DNA from: Anthoceros angustus
Lineage: Eukaryota; Plantae; Anthocerotophyta
Reading direction: 5' to 3'
NCBI GenBank assembly: GCA_010909165.1
Contig: MU008150.1
Coordinates: 124,001 to 188,000, forward strand
DNA: 64,000 bases
In this document: positions 32,585 to 44,514 of the stretch, in pieces
Layout: each line of letters opens with the position of its first letter
Numbering within the stretch: position 1 is the stretch's first letter
Program-made: the position numbers and the translations under genes
The notes under the pieces: generated by a model
What the model saw: the letters and a program-made list of their open reading frames with translations, nothing else
Databases searched by the model: none
Told to the model about the DNA's origin: nothing

Positions 32585-33200
32585 ATGGCGGCCGGAGCTG
32601 GGGCGGGGTTCAAGGGGGGTTTGGCCCGCTGGGCCGGGGAGCTCGCCAAGGGCGTGTACGGATACTGGGAGAAAGGGCGATGGACGCCGCTGGCCATCAG
32701 TGCGCGCCATCGCGCTCGTCTGCGGAAGGAGACTCTGCTGGCAGGAGGGTAGGCCGTTGCTTCTTCCTCCTAAAGTCGAACTTCAGCCACAGGTGCTGGG
32801 GTTTTGTGATGACCTGACCCTCCGTGGACATGTGCAGGGATTGGCCGTACGACGCCCCTCGGAAGGAGATGAGGACCCGGCAGAAGGGCCACAAGGTGGA
32901 TCGGGAGGCCGCGCTCAAGTACGTGTTCTCGTTGCTCACGGCAGCAGGCAGGTTTAGGGCGTGGTGAAGGTGTCTGTTTGTCTCACGCCATGGCTGTTGC
33001 AGGCGGGCAAGGACAGCCGAGCTGATGGAGAAGATGCCCCAGATGCTGGCAGACATGAAGGTATGGCAAATTAGGGCTGTTGTGCACGGTGTGTGTTCCA
33101 AGCCGTTCGTTGTTGGCATGCCATGACGAGTGTCCTCCCTGCTGGTGTCTTCCAGAAACGGAGATATGAACGGAAGATGGAATCGGAGAAGAAGAATTGA
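32585..33200 (+). CDS. Mitochondrial ribosomal protein mL59 / MRP-L25-domain protein, 4 exons (32585-32748, 32838-32918, 33003-33060, 33156-33200)
   Basis: GT-AG splicing gives MAAGAGAGFKGGLARWAGELAKGVYGYWEKGRWTPLAISARHRARLRKETLLAGGDWPYDAPRKEMRTRQKGHKVDREAALKRARTAELMEKMPQMLADMKKRRYERKMESEKKN*. This carries the W..P.IS.R..A.LRK / KGHK.DR / M.KMPQM motifs. Not present in the ORF track. Confidence 0.85.
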
Positions 33201-33942
33201 GAACAGAGAAATGGAGAAGAAGCCCTTGCCCTCCCTGTCCGTGGGCTTGTACGAGTCCTCCACTTTCTCAGTGTACGCAATTGTAGCACCCTGAATTGTG
33301 GATTGGCAGGTGAGATCGGAGTCGAGCAGCAGCCAGCAGATGTTGCGTCACAGGAGTGAGAGAGCTGCTTGTTCCTTCGCTCGCTATGGTGTGCAGGGCA
33401 GAGGCACCCCGCTCGCCACAGTGAGGCGGCTTGTCTTGCTTTAGAAACCCCTCCCTTGCTGCAGTGAGGATTCTAGCGGATGCGGCAGAGGAACAGAAGC
33501 TGTGATGAATGCTTTCACCGCCCCGGGCCCAAATTTTTATTCGGATTCCCGGGCACCGAGCGTGCCGGGAAGGAGAAGGCACAAGCCTCGAAACCGGGGC
33601 CGGCTTCGTTCGTCTCTCATGACATGCCCGGGCATACGACATTCCTCGGCCTCGCATGCGAATTGCGATGGCGAATGCACGTAGAACTGTAGACGAGCGA
33701 GACTGTGCAGTCGTTCCGACTGTGCAGTCTGCAGCCGAGCCCCGCGGACCGCTGGTTACGGGCTCCATGGATGGGCTTGTGGTTTTTCCAAGCCCGAGAG
33801 GTGCTTGGTGTGGTAAATTGAGGCTCCAGCAAGGCCGCTGGATGCGGAGATGGGCCCGGCCGGGGTGAGCTTCTCGTCACCTCCCTGGGCTGCGCCATCC
33901 TCGAAGCCTCGAAGGGCGCGTAAAGCAGAGAGGAGAGATGAG

Positions 33943-34257
33943 ATGGGAAAGCACGAGCAGGCCACCGGCTGGCCGCTGGAGTCGGAGCTGGGCCTGGAGT
34001 TGGACGCCTCCTCCCCAAGGTGCACCCCGTCCCCTGCATCGCACCTGCCTCCCCAGCACGCGGCGAGAAGTAGAGACCAGGTAGCCAGCTGCGGCAACAT
34101 GCAGATGGCCGGTGCGCCGCCGGCCCGACACCGACCCGCCCTCCAGCCGGCCTCAGCCGTCGCCAACGCGCCTTCTCCTGCCACTGGCATGTCCAAGTTC
34201 TCGCTGCTGGGGCAGCAGCTGCATTACTCTGCGCCGCCCCAGCAGCAGGACCCCGCC

Positions 34258-34309
<52 letters not shown>

Positions 34310-35893
34310 TTCAGCAGCAACAGCAGGTTCAGCAAGTCCAGCAGCAGTTGGGGAGATCAGGCTGAGCTTCTCGCTCGGAGGAGGCGGGGAGGTGGCGGGC
34401 TCTTCTCCCAGCCTCCGCCGCCGCCGCCGCAGCAGCAGCAGCAGCAGCCGGCCCGGGGTACCAGGGGCCGCTGGGCCTGGGGTACGAGCTCCTCGACTCG
34501 GATGGCGGGGTGGAGCTTTCTGGGCAGGGCTGGGGGAACGGCGGGCTGGCTCCCCGGCTCCCGATTTGATGAGCGCTTTGGCCGTCATCCACCAGGGGAT
34601 CGGGCAGGTGCAGGCCCTGCTGCCCATGATGACGGCCGGAGGTCCCCCCAACTCGGTGCTGGCGCACCAGCAGGCGGTGACCGCGCAGCGCCTGGCCGGG
34701 GTCATGTCGCAGCTGGCCATGGCGGCCGCGGCCATCGTGCAGCAGCAGGCCATGCAGCCGGCTGCTCTGGAGCACATGACGTTCGGGAACGCTGCGGGCG
34801 GGTCGGCCTACAGTATGTATCAGCAATCCCAGCCTCAGGCTCAACAACAGCAACAGCAGCAGATGCAGCTGCAGCATCAACAGCACCAGCACCAGCACCA
34901 GCACCAGCACCAGCACCAGCAGCACGGGGAGGAGGGATGGTGGGCGCTAGCCTCATGGGTAGCAGCTCCTACAACCCAGCCCCGCCTCCGGGGCCGAGCG
35001 TGATGCCGCCCGGGGAGCAGCAGCGGCCATGGCGGGGCTCAGGGAGGGCGCGGTGATGCCCACCAGCAGCGGGTGGTGGGCGGGACCCGGGGCTGGGTTC
35101 CGATCTGGTGGACTCGGGGCTGCTGCACGGGGGGGTGGTGATGGTGGAGGAGGAGTCCGGGGCGGGGTCCAGGGACGAGGACGACGACCTGGACGGGGAC
35201 AACCTGCCGCCGGGCTCCTACGACCTCATCGAGATGGGGCCCGTGGAGATCCTGGCGGAGCACACGCACTTCTGCGAGATCTGCGGGAAGGGCTTCAAGC
35301 GGGACGCCAACCTGCGGATGCACATGCGGGGCCACGGGGACGAGTACAAGACCCCCGCGGCGCTGGCCCGCCCGGAGCGGTCCGGGCAGGAGCCGCTGGT
35401 GAGCAAGCCGCGGAGGTACTCCTGCCCCTTCCTCGGGTGCAAGCGCAACAAGAAGCACCGCAAGTTCCAGCCCCTCAAGACCATGCTGTGCGTGAAGAAC
35501 CACTACCGGCGGAGCCACTGCCCCAAGAGCCTGCTCTGCACCAAGTGCAAGACGAAGAAGTTCTCCGTCATGGCGGATCTCAAGACGCACGAGAAGCACT
35601 GCGGGAGGGACAAGTGGCAGTGCTCCTGCGGCACCACCTTCTCCCGCAAGGACAAGCTCTTTGGCCACATCGCGCTGTTCCAGGGCCATACCCCGGCTAC
35701 GCCTTTGCACGAGATGGAGGAGCAGGGGATGGAGTCCCATGCTGCTGCTGCTGCCTCGGGTTACGCTCCTCCTCCGCCCTCGGCTCCTGCTCCTGCTCCT
35801 CCTCCCTCTTCCTCCTCCTGCGCGGATTCCCTCCAGGGCCTGCACGGCCTCTACACCAGCAACTTCCTCCAGGGCTCTTCCGGCGGGAGCTGA
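33943..35893 (+). CDS. STOP1: STOP1-like C2H2 zinc-finger transcription factor with poly-Q N-terminus (apparent frameshifts in GC runs)
   Basis: [95 protein letters not shown]-terminal STOP1-type motif [25 protein letters not shown] lies in another frame. Confidence 0.88.
34261..34308 (+). repeat. (CAG)16 microsatellite, coding poly-Q
   Basis: Read directly. A (CACCAG)n tract is also present at ~34884-34920. Confidence 0.95.
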
Positions 35894-36532
35894 GGGACAG
35901 CCAGAATTCGGGGATGAGAGACTCTTCCTGACCCAGCCCCAACACATCACGGTTTCAGTGTTGTGCTGAGCTTGGTTGTGAGATGGGTACCCGTGGTACC
36001 ACACCTTGTGTGCTGAGGTGAGCCAGGCTCGTACTGATGGAGGAGCCTGGTGGTGAGGAGCCTGGAAGGGTGGGTGAACTGCAAGTGCCCAGAGGAGGGA
36101 AGCTCAAGGACACTTCTGCTACGGGTATTTGTGGAGAGGGGAACGTACTTGGGTGATGCTGAACCCTGTCTCTATTGCAGGACAGGTAGGACGCATGACC
36201 CAGAGAGACAGGCCAAGTGCATTTCCGGGAGGTGTCTTTTTCTGCCCATCTCCACTGGCCTGGCCTTCTTGCCTTCTCTAACCCAGCACCCAACAAAACC
36301 AACCCCATTGGTGGAGTACATAGATGAGGATTGGGTTGTACATATCTTAGCCTAACAGCTTGTGAGTAAAGCTTGGTGGCTGCCACTAGCGGCCTGTTAA
36401 ACGTTGTGCCTGCCTCCTGACATTTCATCGCACCACTCCCAGTTCCATCGTCATGGATGACCGTCGGAGTCTAATCTCACGCCTTTCTTTGTCTGTGAAA
36501 GAGGGCACATTGCAAACGAGAACGAGAGCCAC

Positions 36533-36716
36533 GCTCTTGCTAGATACTCCTCTCACGGTAAAGATCCCTGTGCCCACATAGACTACTGTGCTCTTGCTAC
36601 ATACTCCTCACAGGGTTAGATCACTCTGTGCCCACATAGACTACTGCGCTCTTGCTACATACATGGTATATACTCCTCACACGGTAAGATCACTGATGAG
36701 CCCACATCCACTACTG
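36533..36716. repeat. Tandem repeat, 3 x ~58 bp
   Basis: gctcttgcta(g/c)atac...cccacata(g)actactg repeated three times. Confidence 0.8.
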
Positions 36717-37336
36717 TGTGTTATGTATGCAGTGTGTACATAACCATTCGGCGCGCACTCGTGAGGCTGGCCAGTTCCTGACAAATCTGTCCCTGGTCCC
36801 CGCGGATCGTTTGCGCGTGGTTATCGGATTGCCCAGCCCGAGGTTGCGCACGCGCGCCTTCGGCCGGTGGAGTCGAATTTCGGTCCTTCTTCTCGCCACC
36901 AGTGTGGAGCTGGGATCGGATTGCCCGTTGCCAGTGAAGAGAAGAGAACGGTGATGCGGATCGCGATGGCGATGGCGATGGCGATGTTGATGTCTCGCTT
37001 GCTCAAGCTTGGTGCTGATGGCTTGTCTGACTGTGGCACAGGCTTGTGTCACTAAGGCCGCTCAGTTCGCAGAGAGGGCGAATTGTCTTATTGCCGGATT
37101 TTCTTTGAGGAGGGAGGAAGGAAGGAAGGTCCAGGGAAGGTGCTGGATCGGGTACAGCTCAATAGCCACAGTGCACTAAAGAAGCACGCGGTTCCGGCTA
37201 CCAACTTCCCACGATCGATTCCGGATGGGCGTCATGGAAGCTTGATGCTTCGGGGGAACTGCGGGCCCAGGGCTTGCGAGTCCTCGGATGGCGGCTTCGC
37301 CACATTCTAGAAACATCACGTCTTTCAGGACCTGGT

Positions 37337-40300
37337 ATGGCCGAAGATGAGGGTCAGAGCGCAGCCGACACAGCTCCTGTAACGGATGACCAAGACTGCG
37401 CTTTAGAGGATTGCAGTGACCCCTTGAGGGCGTTGTCCAGTGTGTGCGGTACCGAATCTGAGGATTTTGTGGGATGCACCGTTGGGGCTGCGCCGGTGGC
37501 TTTGCGGAATCAATTTGATGAATTTGCGATCCTGAGGAGGAAGAGCGTGGAACCGCTCTGTGGCCAGCCCGTGGGCTTAGGGTTTGGTGGATTGCTGCCG
37601 TATGATGATCCACCCAGGGGAAAGGGGAATGGCGCGGAGGGGGAAAGGGGCAGGGAGCATGTCACCTCAGCTGTGTCTCCTGAGCATGGAGGTGTCGTCA
37701 TACAGAGAAGGCATATGGTGTCTGTGCAGGATGTGAAAGAAAGGAGGAGTGAGGAGGTGGGACCTTCTGGACAGGATGTGAGGGAGAGCAGGAGGGACAA
37801 GGAGGAAGTGGTGTCTTCGGAGACGGAACAATTCGATCCTGCCCACCGAGATGCTGTTGAGACTGCTGACCAGGGGTCGGTTGAAGAATCCGTTGAAGCA
37901 GGGCCGGGGGCGGGTGCTACGATCTGCGTAGCAGATGCGCATGCTCTGCCACAGGGGGAACCGGGTAGTGCAGAGAGTAGTACAGCCAGTATCCCTCGAA
38001 TAGGGGAGGGCGAAAATCTAGTTGCGTCCTCCCTTCTGCAGGATAGGCTCCGGGGATGGATAGGCAGCACTGGTCCTCTGGCCCGCGATATCACAGTGGC
38101 CGCTGTCGCAAAGGCAAGCATAAGTTTGCCTGTGACTGTCAAGTCATGGTGGGCAACTTCTCCATCTGGCAAGAAGGAAGCTGCGAATGCGAGTCTTCAG
38201 CCTCCTCAAGCCGATTCTTCCCAGAACAACAAGGCCTCCGAATCAGCCTTTGGGGGTCTCCTCTCCAGGGGTGCCAACCTGGTGTTGAGGCCGAGTAGCT
38301 TGACGGTGCCAGCAGAAAGTCTTTCCAGTTATAACTATGCGGCGCCCAGTCAGGCATTACAACCAGTGGGCGGTGAGCCTGCAGAAAAGGCTGAGGAATC
38401 TGGGCGCCTTATTGCAGAGCTGAAGCAGTCTTTGAAATCTGTGCTTGGTGAGGCTGTCAAATGTGGCCCTGAACCCATGGGAGATGGAATATATGCCCTC
38501 ACATTGTTTTGCTCACTTGTTGAACAAGCTTTTGGACACGGCTTGAAGGAAAGCAGTAGGGGCAGGTGGTCCTTCTGGGGTGCCGGAAAGATGCAAGTGT
38601 CCTTCTTCAATCTTCTGGAAGCCTTGGAGCACTCGGTGCCTGAAAACCAATCCTTTCGTGGAGCCTTGGGACTGGATGCTGTGAGGTCGTTGACTTGGGT
38701 TAAGTCCAGCGTTGGTCAACTGCGTGCGTGGCTGCGCCTCTCCTTGAACGAAGGCTTGTTGGGTCGGAGGCTTAGCATCATACTGGAAGATCCTGAACTT
38801 TTGGAACAGTGGTACGAAAGCTGGGCCTTGCTTCGAAGAGAAGATGCGTCAGAGCAGTTTGCATCCATTGTCACAGCTCTCGACTCTGTTAACATTTCTC
38901 TCTCAGTTTCTGAAGGTCTAGCTCTTGACCACCAGAAGTTCATCGGTGCCAAGGCTTTGCATGCTACACAGGTTGTGGAACCTGAACAAACAACACCTGA
39001 TTCCAATTGGCAAGAAGCTCTGCACTATGAGCCCAAATCTTCTGATTCCCATTCCTTGGATCCTGACGGAACTGGTGAACTGCAAAATACACGTGGTGAT
39101 ATGGGTGCTTTGTCAGAGAAGAAAACCAGAGGCATTTCGAAGACTGGGGCCAGGAAACGTGTGATATCCGTTCCAGGTGGAGGTGCGAATGATGAGCAGG
39201 TTGATGCGAGGATAGAATTTAATGGCTATAGAGTGTATACAGGTCCTCCTGATGAAGAGGTGCTTGTGAATGGTGTGACGGACGTCATTGTTCAAAGTCC
39301 TCCTTTTGAGGTTGCGGCAACGCAGTGTGAGTCAGAGGGTGCCCCGCAGGGATTTCATCCTCCGCAACAAGGGCAACAGAAAACACTCGAGGAAGAGGTT
39401 GTGGAGTCCTATGGAACTCCTGACGCCAAAGATGAGGTGCCAGCTGTACGCCTAGTTACATCCAGGGGCGGTCAGTATAGTCCAAGCGTACAGAGTGGGG
39501 GTGTTCCGGAGGACATTTATGTATTCACTGATGACGTTGCATCCACTGGCAGGGATGGATCTTTTATGGATGCCAATGCCTCCTTCCATCTTGAAACAGC
39601 CTTACCAAGGTTGGGACTTCCTCCAGACCTAGATGACTCCAATATTCACGGTGTACTATCAAATGCCAACCTCCTCGAGTCAGAGGACGTTTTGCAGAGT
39701 GCCAGTTTTGTGGACAATCTTCTAAGTAAGCCTCGAAGTGGCAGTGCATTTGCTGCACTGGAACATTGTCTGACCACAGAGCCTCTCAGCGAACAAATTG
39801 ATGCTGATTGTCAAGAGAAGAAAGTCCTGGAAGTCACACCATTTTGTTGTACATCGCCGGCCAGTGAAGAAGGATGTGGATCTGACAATGATTCGGATAT
39901 GTCAATGTTTGAAGAGGCTGGTGAGTTGTCTGAGAAGCAGAGACGCAATGTATCGCACTTCCGAAATAGACGAATGGCCACAGCTTTTGATCTGTGCAAG
40001 AAGTATGATGATGAACTGGCCTTTGGAGCCAGCGACTGGGACGAGTACTTCCAGCAGACTGATCCTCAAGAAGATTTTTTGTTAAATCATACTACTATTG
40101 AAACGTCTCTCTCCAAGAGATTCCTGGGTCTGAATTCCTCTCTTCAAATTCCATCCTCTGATGCTCAGACCCAAAGGAGTGTGCATACATGTCGAGAGGA
40201 TGCTGAGCCTGTACATGTTAGACCCGGAGAACCATTGGGCATCCATGGAACAGGTTGGCCTTACCTTGACTATGAAGAGGCAGAACCAGAAACTAAGGAC

Positions 40301-43212
40301 GTGATTCAGCTGAAAGATGTTATGGTGGGGGAGCAAGCTTTGGCTGATGCAAATTTGCAGGTGTCTGAAGTTGCCCCTTATGAGACTGAGGTGTCTCATA
40401 GTAGACTAGTGGAGGGTTCTGGACAGAGCATTCCTCGGCAAGCAGAGGATCCTCTCCGGTGTGCTGTCCGTGTTATCCCTGGCAGTGCTGATTCAATGTC
40501 CCATTCACATGGAATGGGAAGTCAAGACGACCAAGATGAGCAGCTTGGTAGTCAACCTGGAGGTTATCATCAGAAAGTTGCTCCTCTTAGAACAAAGCAA
40601 GCAGACTCTACAGTTTTGAACATCTGCAGTGCCGATGAGCCTGAAGATGTACCTGCCAAAGTCAGACAACGGTCGAATGTTTTCACTGTTCCTGCCTCGT
40701 TGGAAGGGTTTGAGTCGCAAGTTTCTAGGCCCTCAGAAGAAGGTAACAAAAGACGAGGGTGTGTGGCTCGGCTGGGATCCAAGGAAGCAGAGGAGCTACT
40801 GCAACTAGATGTTGCCAAACTTGGAAGGGCCAGCTTTCAGTCGATGAAGGAGGCTACTCAAGTACAAAATTCTCCATCGCTAGTGTCGCCTTGGAGTTCA
40901 GAGGATCTGGGTCCAGACGAGGTTTGTTTCTGGCATCATACGTATGTTTGGATTAGTTATAGTATGTTTTGTATTTCTTTTGTCTGATAATATTTTTACT
41001 TTTGTCCCAAGTCAGCTTTCGCGGTATGTTGAGAAGGTGGAAGTTAAAGAGACGTACATTGACACGGTGCTTGACATGGAGAACGTTCTGCTAACAGAAG
41101 ACAGCCGCATGTTTGAAGATATTGGGTCCTCTCGCGCTATTCGGGATGGAAGCTTGTATGCTTCCACCTCAGGTTTCCTATCTCTGGGCAGGGGGCAACC
41201 AGTAGTTAGGAAGGGGAAGGAGGTGGTTTGGGTTGAGGTCATTGGAGCTCGTCAACAAAGAGGGGGGGCTTCTCTTGGTGAAAGAATGGTGGGTGTACAG
41301 GAGCATACAGTGTATCGGATGCTGGTGACAGGAGTGAACAGTGAGTGGGAGGTTGAAAGGAGATATAGAGATTTTGTTGTGTTGCATAATCAGTTGGCAA
41401 ATCTGTTCCCTCCTCAGAATGGCTTTTTCCTTCCAGCTCCATGGGACAAGGTGAAGGCAGAATCGAGAAAATTTTTTGGAAACACCTCACCAAATGTGGT
41501 AGAAGTGCGCAGCGCCCTCATTCAGGTGTGCTTGCAATCTTTGATCCAAGCTGGAACTCCGTTAAAAAATGCAGCACCACTACTAGAATTTCTTGCCCCA
41601 CATGATGATGAAAGTTGGCCTTCGGCGGCACCAGAAAGTGTAACAGGCAGCAGTGCATCCCACCTTCCTCTAGAGGACTTTGTTACAAACTATTCAAGCT
41701 CGCCCAGATCAGATAGTACCAGCATTGTAGGAGATCAGGATCAAGATGCAAAAGGCAGCGCTGTGTTTGGGAGTACCATACGATTGATTGTGCAAGTTCA
41801 TGCTCAGAAGTCTCTAAAGCAGCAGTTGCACGCACAGCACAATGCTTGTGCTGGTTGCTATGAGCATCTGGTGCTAGCAACAGGGGTGGTGCCTGGCTTT
41901 GTACAAAGGTTGGGATTGGCTGGGCCAAGGCTGTGTGAATACAGTGGGCAGCTATTCTGCCCCTCGTGCCATTCCAATGATGTTTCGATTATTCCAGCTC
42001 AAGTATTGCAAAGGTGGGATTTCTCAGTGCGAAAGGTCTCCCAGCTTGCAAAGGCTTACTTAGACTCAATATATGAACAGGTAATGAGAGGCACACAGCG
42101 CTAAGTGTTTTGAACCATGCATCGCACAAGAGCATTCACTGCTTATCCACAGAGTTTATTCACTTGGATATTGTTTGATGCAGCCCATGCTGTGCGTGAG
42201 TGCAGTCAACCCGTACCTTTATGGGAAGGTCCCCATCCTGGGAAATTTGCGGGATATGCGCAGGAAGCTAAGCAGAATGATGGCCTGTGTGCACTGTCCT
42301 GCCCGTGGGCGGATACTGGCAATGCTAGGATCACGACGCTACCTTGCTGAGAACAATGACTTCTTTGCACTTCGGGACCTTGCAGATATCTCAAAGGGTG
42401 CTTTTGCTGGTAAGGCAGTTTGTCATCACGGCTGTGTTCAAATGTGGTTCTGTACAGAGTGAATTGGCTGATGCTACTAGTTGTGGTGGACGTCTGTTGC
42501 TCCTTCTTGGTCTCTTCCTTATAAAGAAAACATCGAAGCTAAGAAGTAATTTGTGTCTGCATCTCACAGTTTTGTTTGCTGTTTGTATACAGTTGTCCCG
42601 GGTATAATGAAAACAGTATGCGAAAGGGCGTACATCCACATAACACGCGAGTGTTCTGTGTGCTATGAAACCGGCGAAGCTTGTGGTGCAGGTGAATGGT
42701 GCGATGACTTTTTCGATACCATCTTCCCATTCCAGGTACTTAACCTTTGAGGCTAGACAAAAAGCGCAAGGTTGTGTGCTTAAGCTGTGTATCCTGCAGG
42801 TTGGTCATTGACAGGAAGCTGACGGTTCCTTACAACCATGCAGGATGACAACATCACAAGGTGCCCTTGTTGTAAGGTTCCCTTTCACAAGTCATGCTTC
42901 AAAAACTGCAGCGATTGTCCATCCTGCCACGGCCAGAAACCCGCAGAGGCAGCCAGTACCAGTGGATATTCCACAGAAGAGTCTACCCAGGAACGTAAAA
43001 GCAAACATTCTTCAAGGCAAACACCTTCCACCCCATTCGAAGGTGGGGATAGCTCCACCAACTCACGCTCTCAGAAGCGAAGGCGGGGCAAAAGCTATCT
43101 GGGCAGGGTGCTGGGTGCAAATGAAGGCAAGACCGACCGAAGCCTAAAGGGAAGTCGCAGCAACTCCGCGGTGCTCAACATGAGCTCGCTTCCAGGGCCC
43201 CTCGAGCTGTGA
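37337..43212 (+). CDS. RUN + PX + Rubicon-homology (zf-RING_9/DUF4206) domain protein, 5 exons (37337-40921, 41016-42080, 42184-42409, 42593-42735, 42844-43212)
   Basis: RUN: LFCSLVEQAFGHGLK..GQLRAWLRLSLNE..WYESWALLR. PX: HTVYRML..WEVERRYRDFVVLHNQL. Rubicon-homology: QHNACAGC..RLCEYSGQLFCPSCH..IPAQVLQRWDF..PMLCVSAVNP..HITRECSVC..IFPFQ..FHKSCF..CPSC. All introns are GT-AG and keep frame. Confidence 0.92.
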
Positions 43213-44029
43213 CACGAAATCCACATGGCCTTTTAGCTAGGTGATGCATTGCTATCCTGCATGCAGTTGGCCATCATTTTGGAGGCCTGCCTGCCTACTC
43301 TGTGTATTAATGTATGTAACATGAGATATGAAAATTAATTAGCCTCACTGAAGCTGGTTGTATCATCCCTCAGCAAAGCCCGACATTGTCACGAGGCAAA
43401 GCCACGGTCGGGCTGGCCTACAGAAAGTCATGGCTCGGAGGCAGAGGCAACGGTACTGTTACCAACGCGGGATCCCGTGTATAGAACGTGGGCCCCGCGG
43501 CCACATGGCTTACAGAAGCCGGCTTCCCGGCGGCAGCCTTCGCGTTGAAGCCTTCGACTTGGTGCAGCAACACGCTTCGTCCTAGGTAACGGTCAGAGCT
43601 GGAGACTTCGTGGAAGCAGCCCCGTCTCTTGCGAAGGCAGCTGTAAAGGCCTCCACGCCTCCAGAAGAAGCAAGCAAGGTTCACAATCGAGCCTCACTCT
43701 TCCGACCTTGTTCATCTCTCGCTTCCTGCTTCCTGCTTCCTGCTTCCTTCTCTGCCGCTGCATCCTGGATCCCTGCGCATTGCGGCCTCGCTATTCCGTA
43801 GAAGTAACGCCTACTGCTGCGCTTATTTAGCTTGCGCAGTTGGCTGTGCAAAAGGATTTGAAACTCCGCCTGCCTGCATTGCTCCAGATCTGCACCGAGC
43901 TTGCTTCCGCACGTTCGATCGGGCACGAATTCGTCTCCAGCCTATCCAGATCTGCTCTTTCCGACCGTCCTGAGTTCGCTTTTGCGGAACAACGCTCTGT
44001 CTCTGACAAAACTGTGAGCTGTCGCGCAA

Positions 44030-44513
44030 ATGGAGAGTACTGCTGTGCTGTTACAGTCCCTACTACAAAGATTGCCGCAGCCATTCTGGATTGCGCGGCT
44101 TCTGCCAGCGCTGGCAGTAGCTTCGGAGTCGGGAGACGAGGCCAGGTGCGGGCAAAGAGGCGGGGCCTCCAAGCGCAAGACGCTGGAGAGGTTTTACACT
44201 GCTCGTGACCTGCTGGAGCCGTTGGACTCCGCTGTCGCGATCCAACGATCGCCGAGCCAGTCGAACGAGACTCAAGTCCTGCAGTTCTCGAATGGAAGCT
44301 TGGTGAGCGAGCAGGAAATTCGCAGAATATTTCAGACGGTAGATGAGGAGGGGAACGGCACAATCTCAAGGGCCAAGCTGGCGAGCTTCATCACGAAGCT
44401 TCAGAAGGTAGAGTGCAGCGAGGAGCAGATCCACTCCCTATTGCTATCGGCGGGTGTAGAGCACAAGGGATTTGTGGAGTTTGAGGAGTTTGTGAGGCTT
44501 TACCATTCTCTGC
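44030..44513 (+). pseudogene. Calmodulin-like EF-hand gene fragment (N-terminal lobe)
   Basis: EIRRIFQTVDEEGNGTISRAKL..GFVEFEEFVRLY; it runs directly into PPR sequence. Confidence 0.7.
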
Positions 44514-44514
44514 A

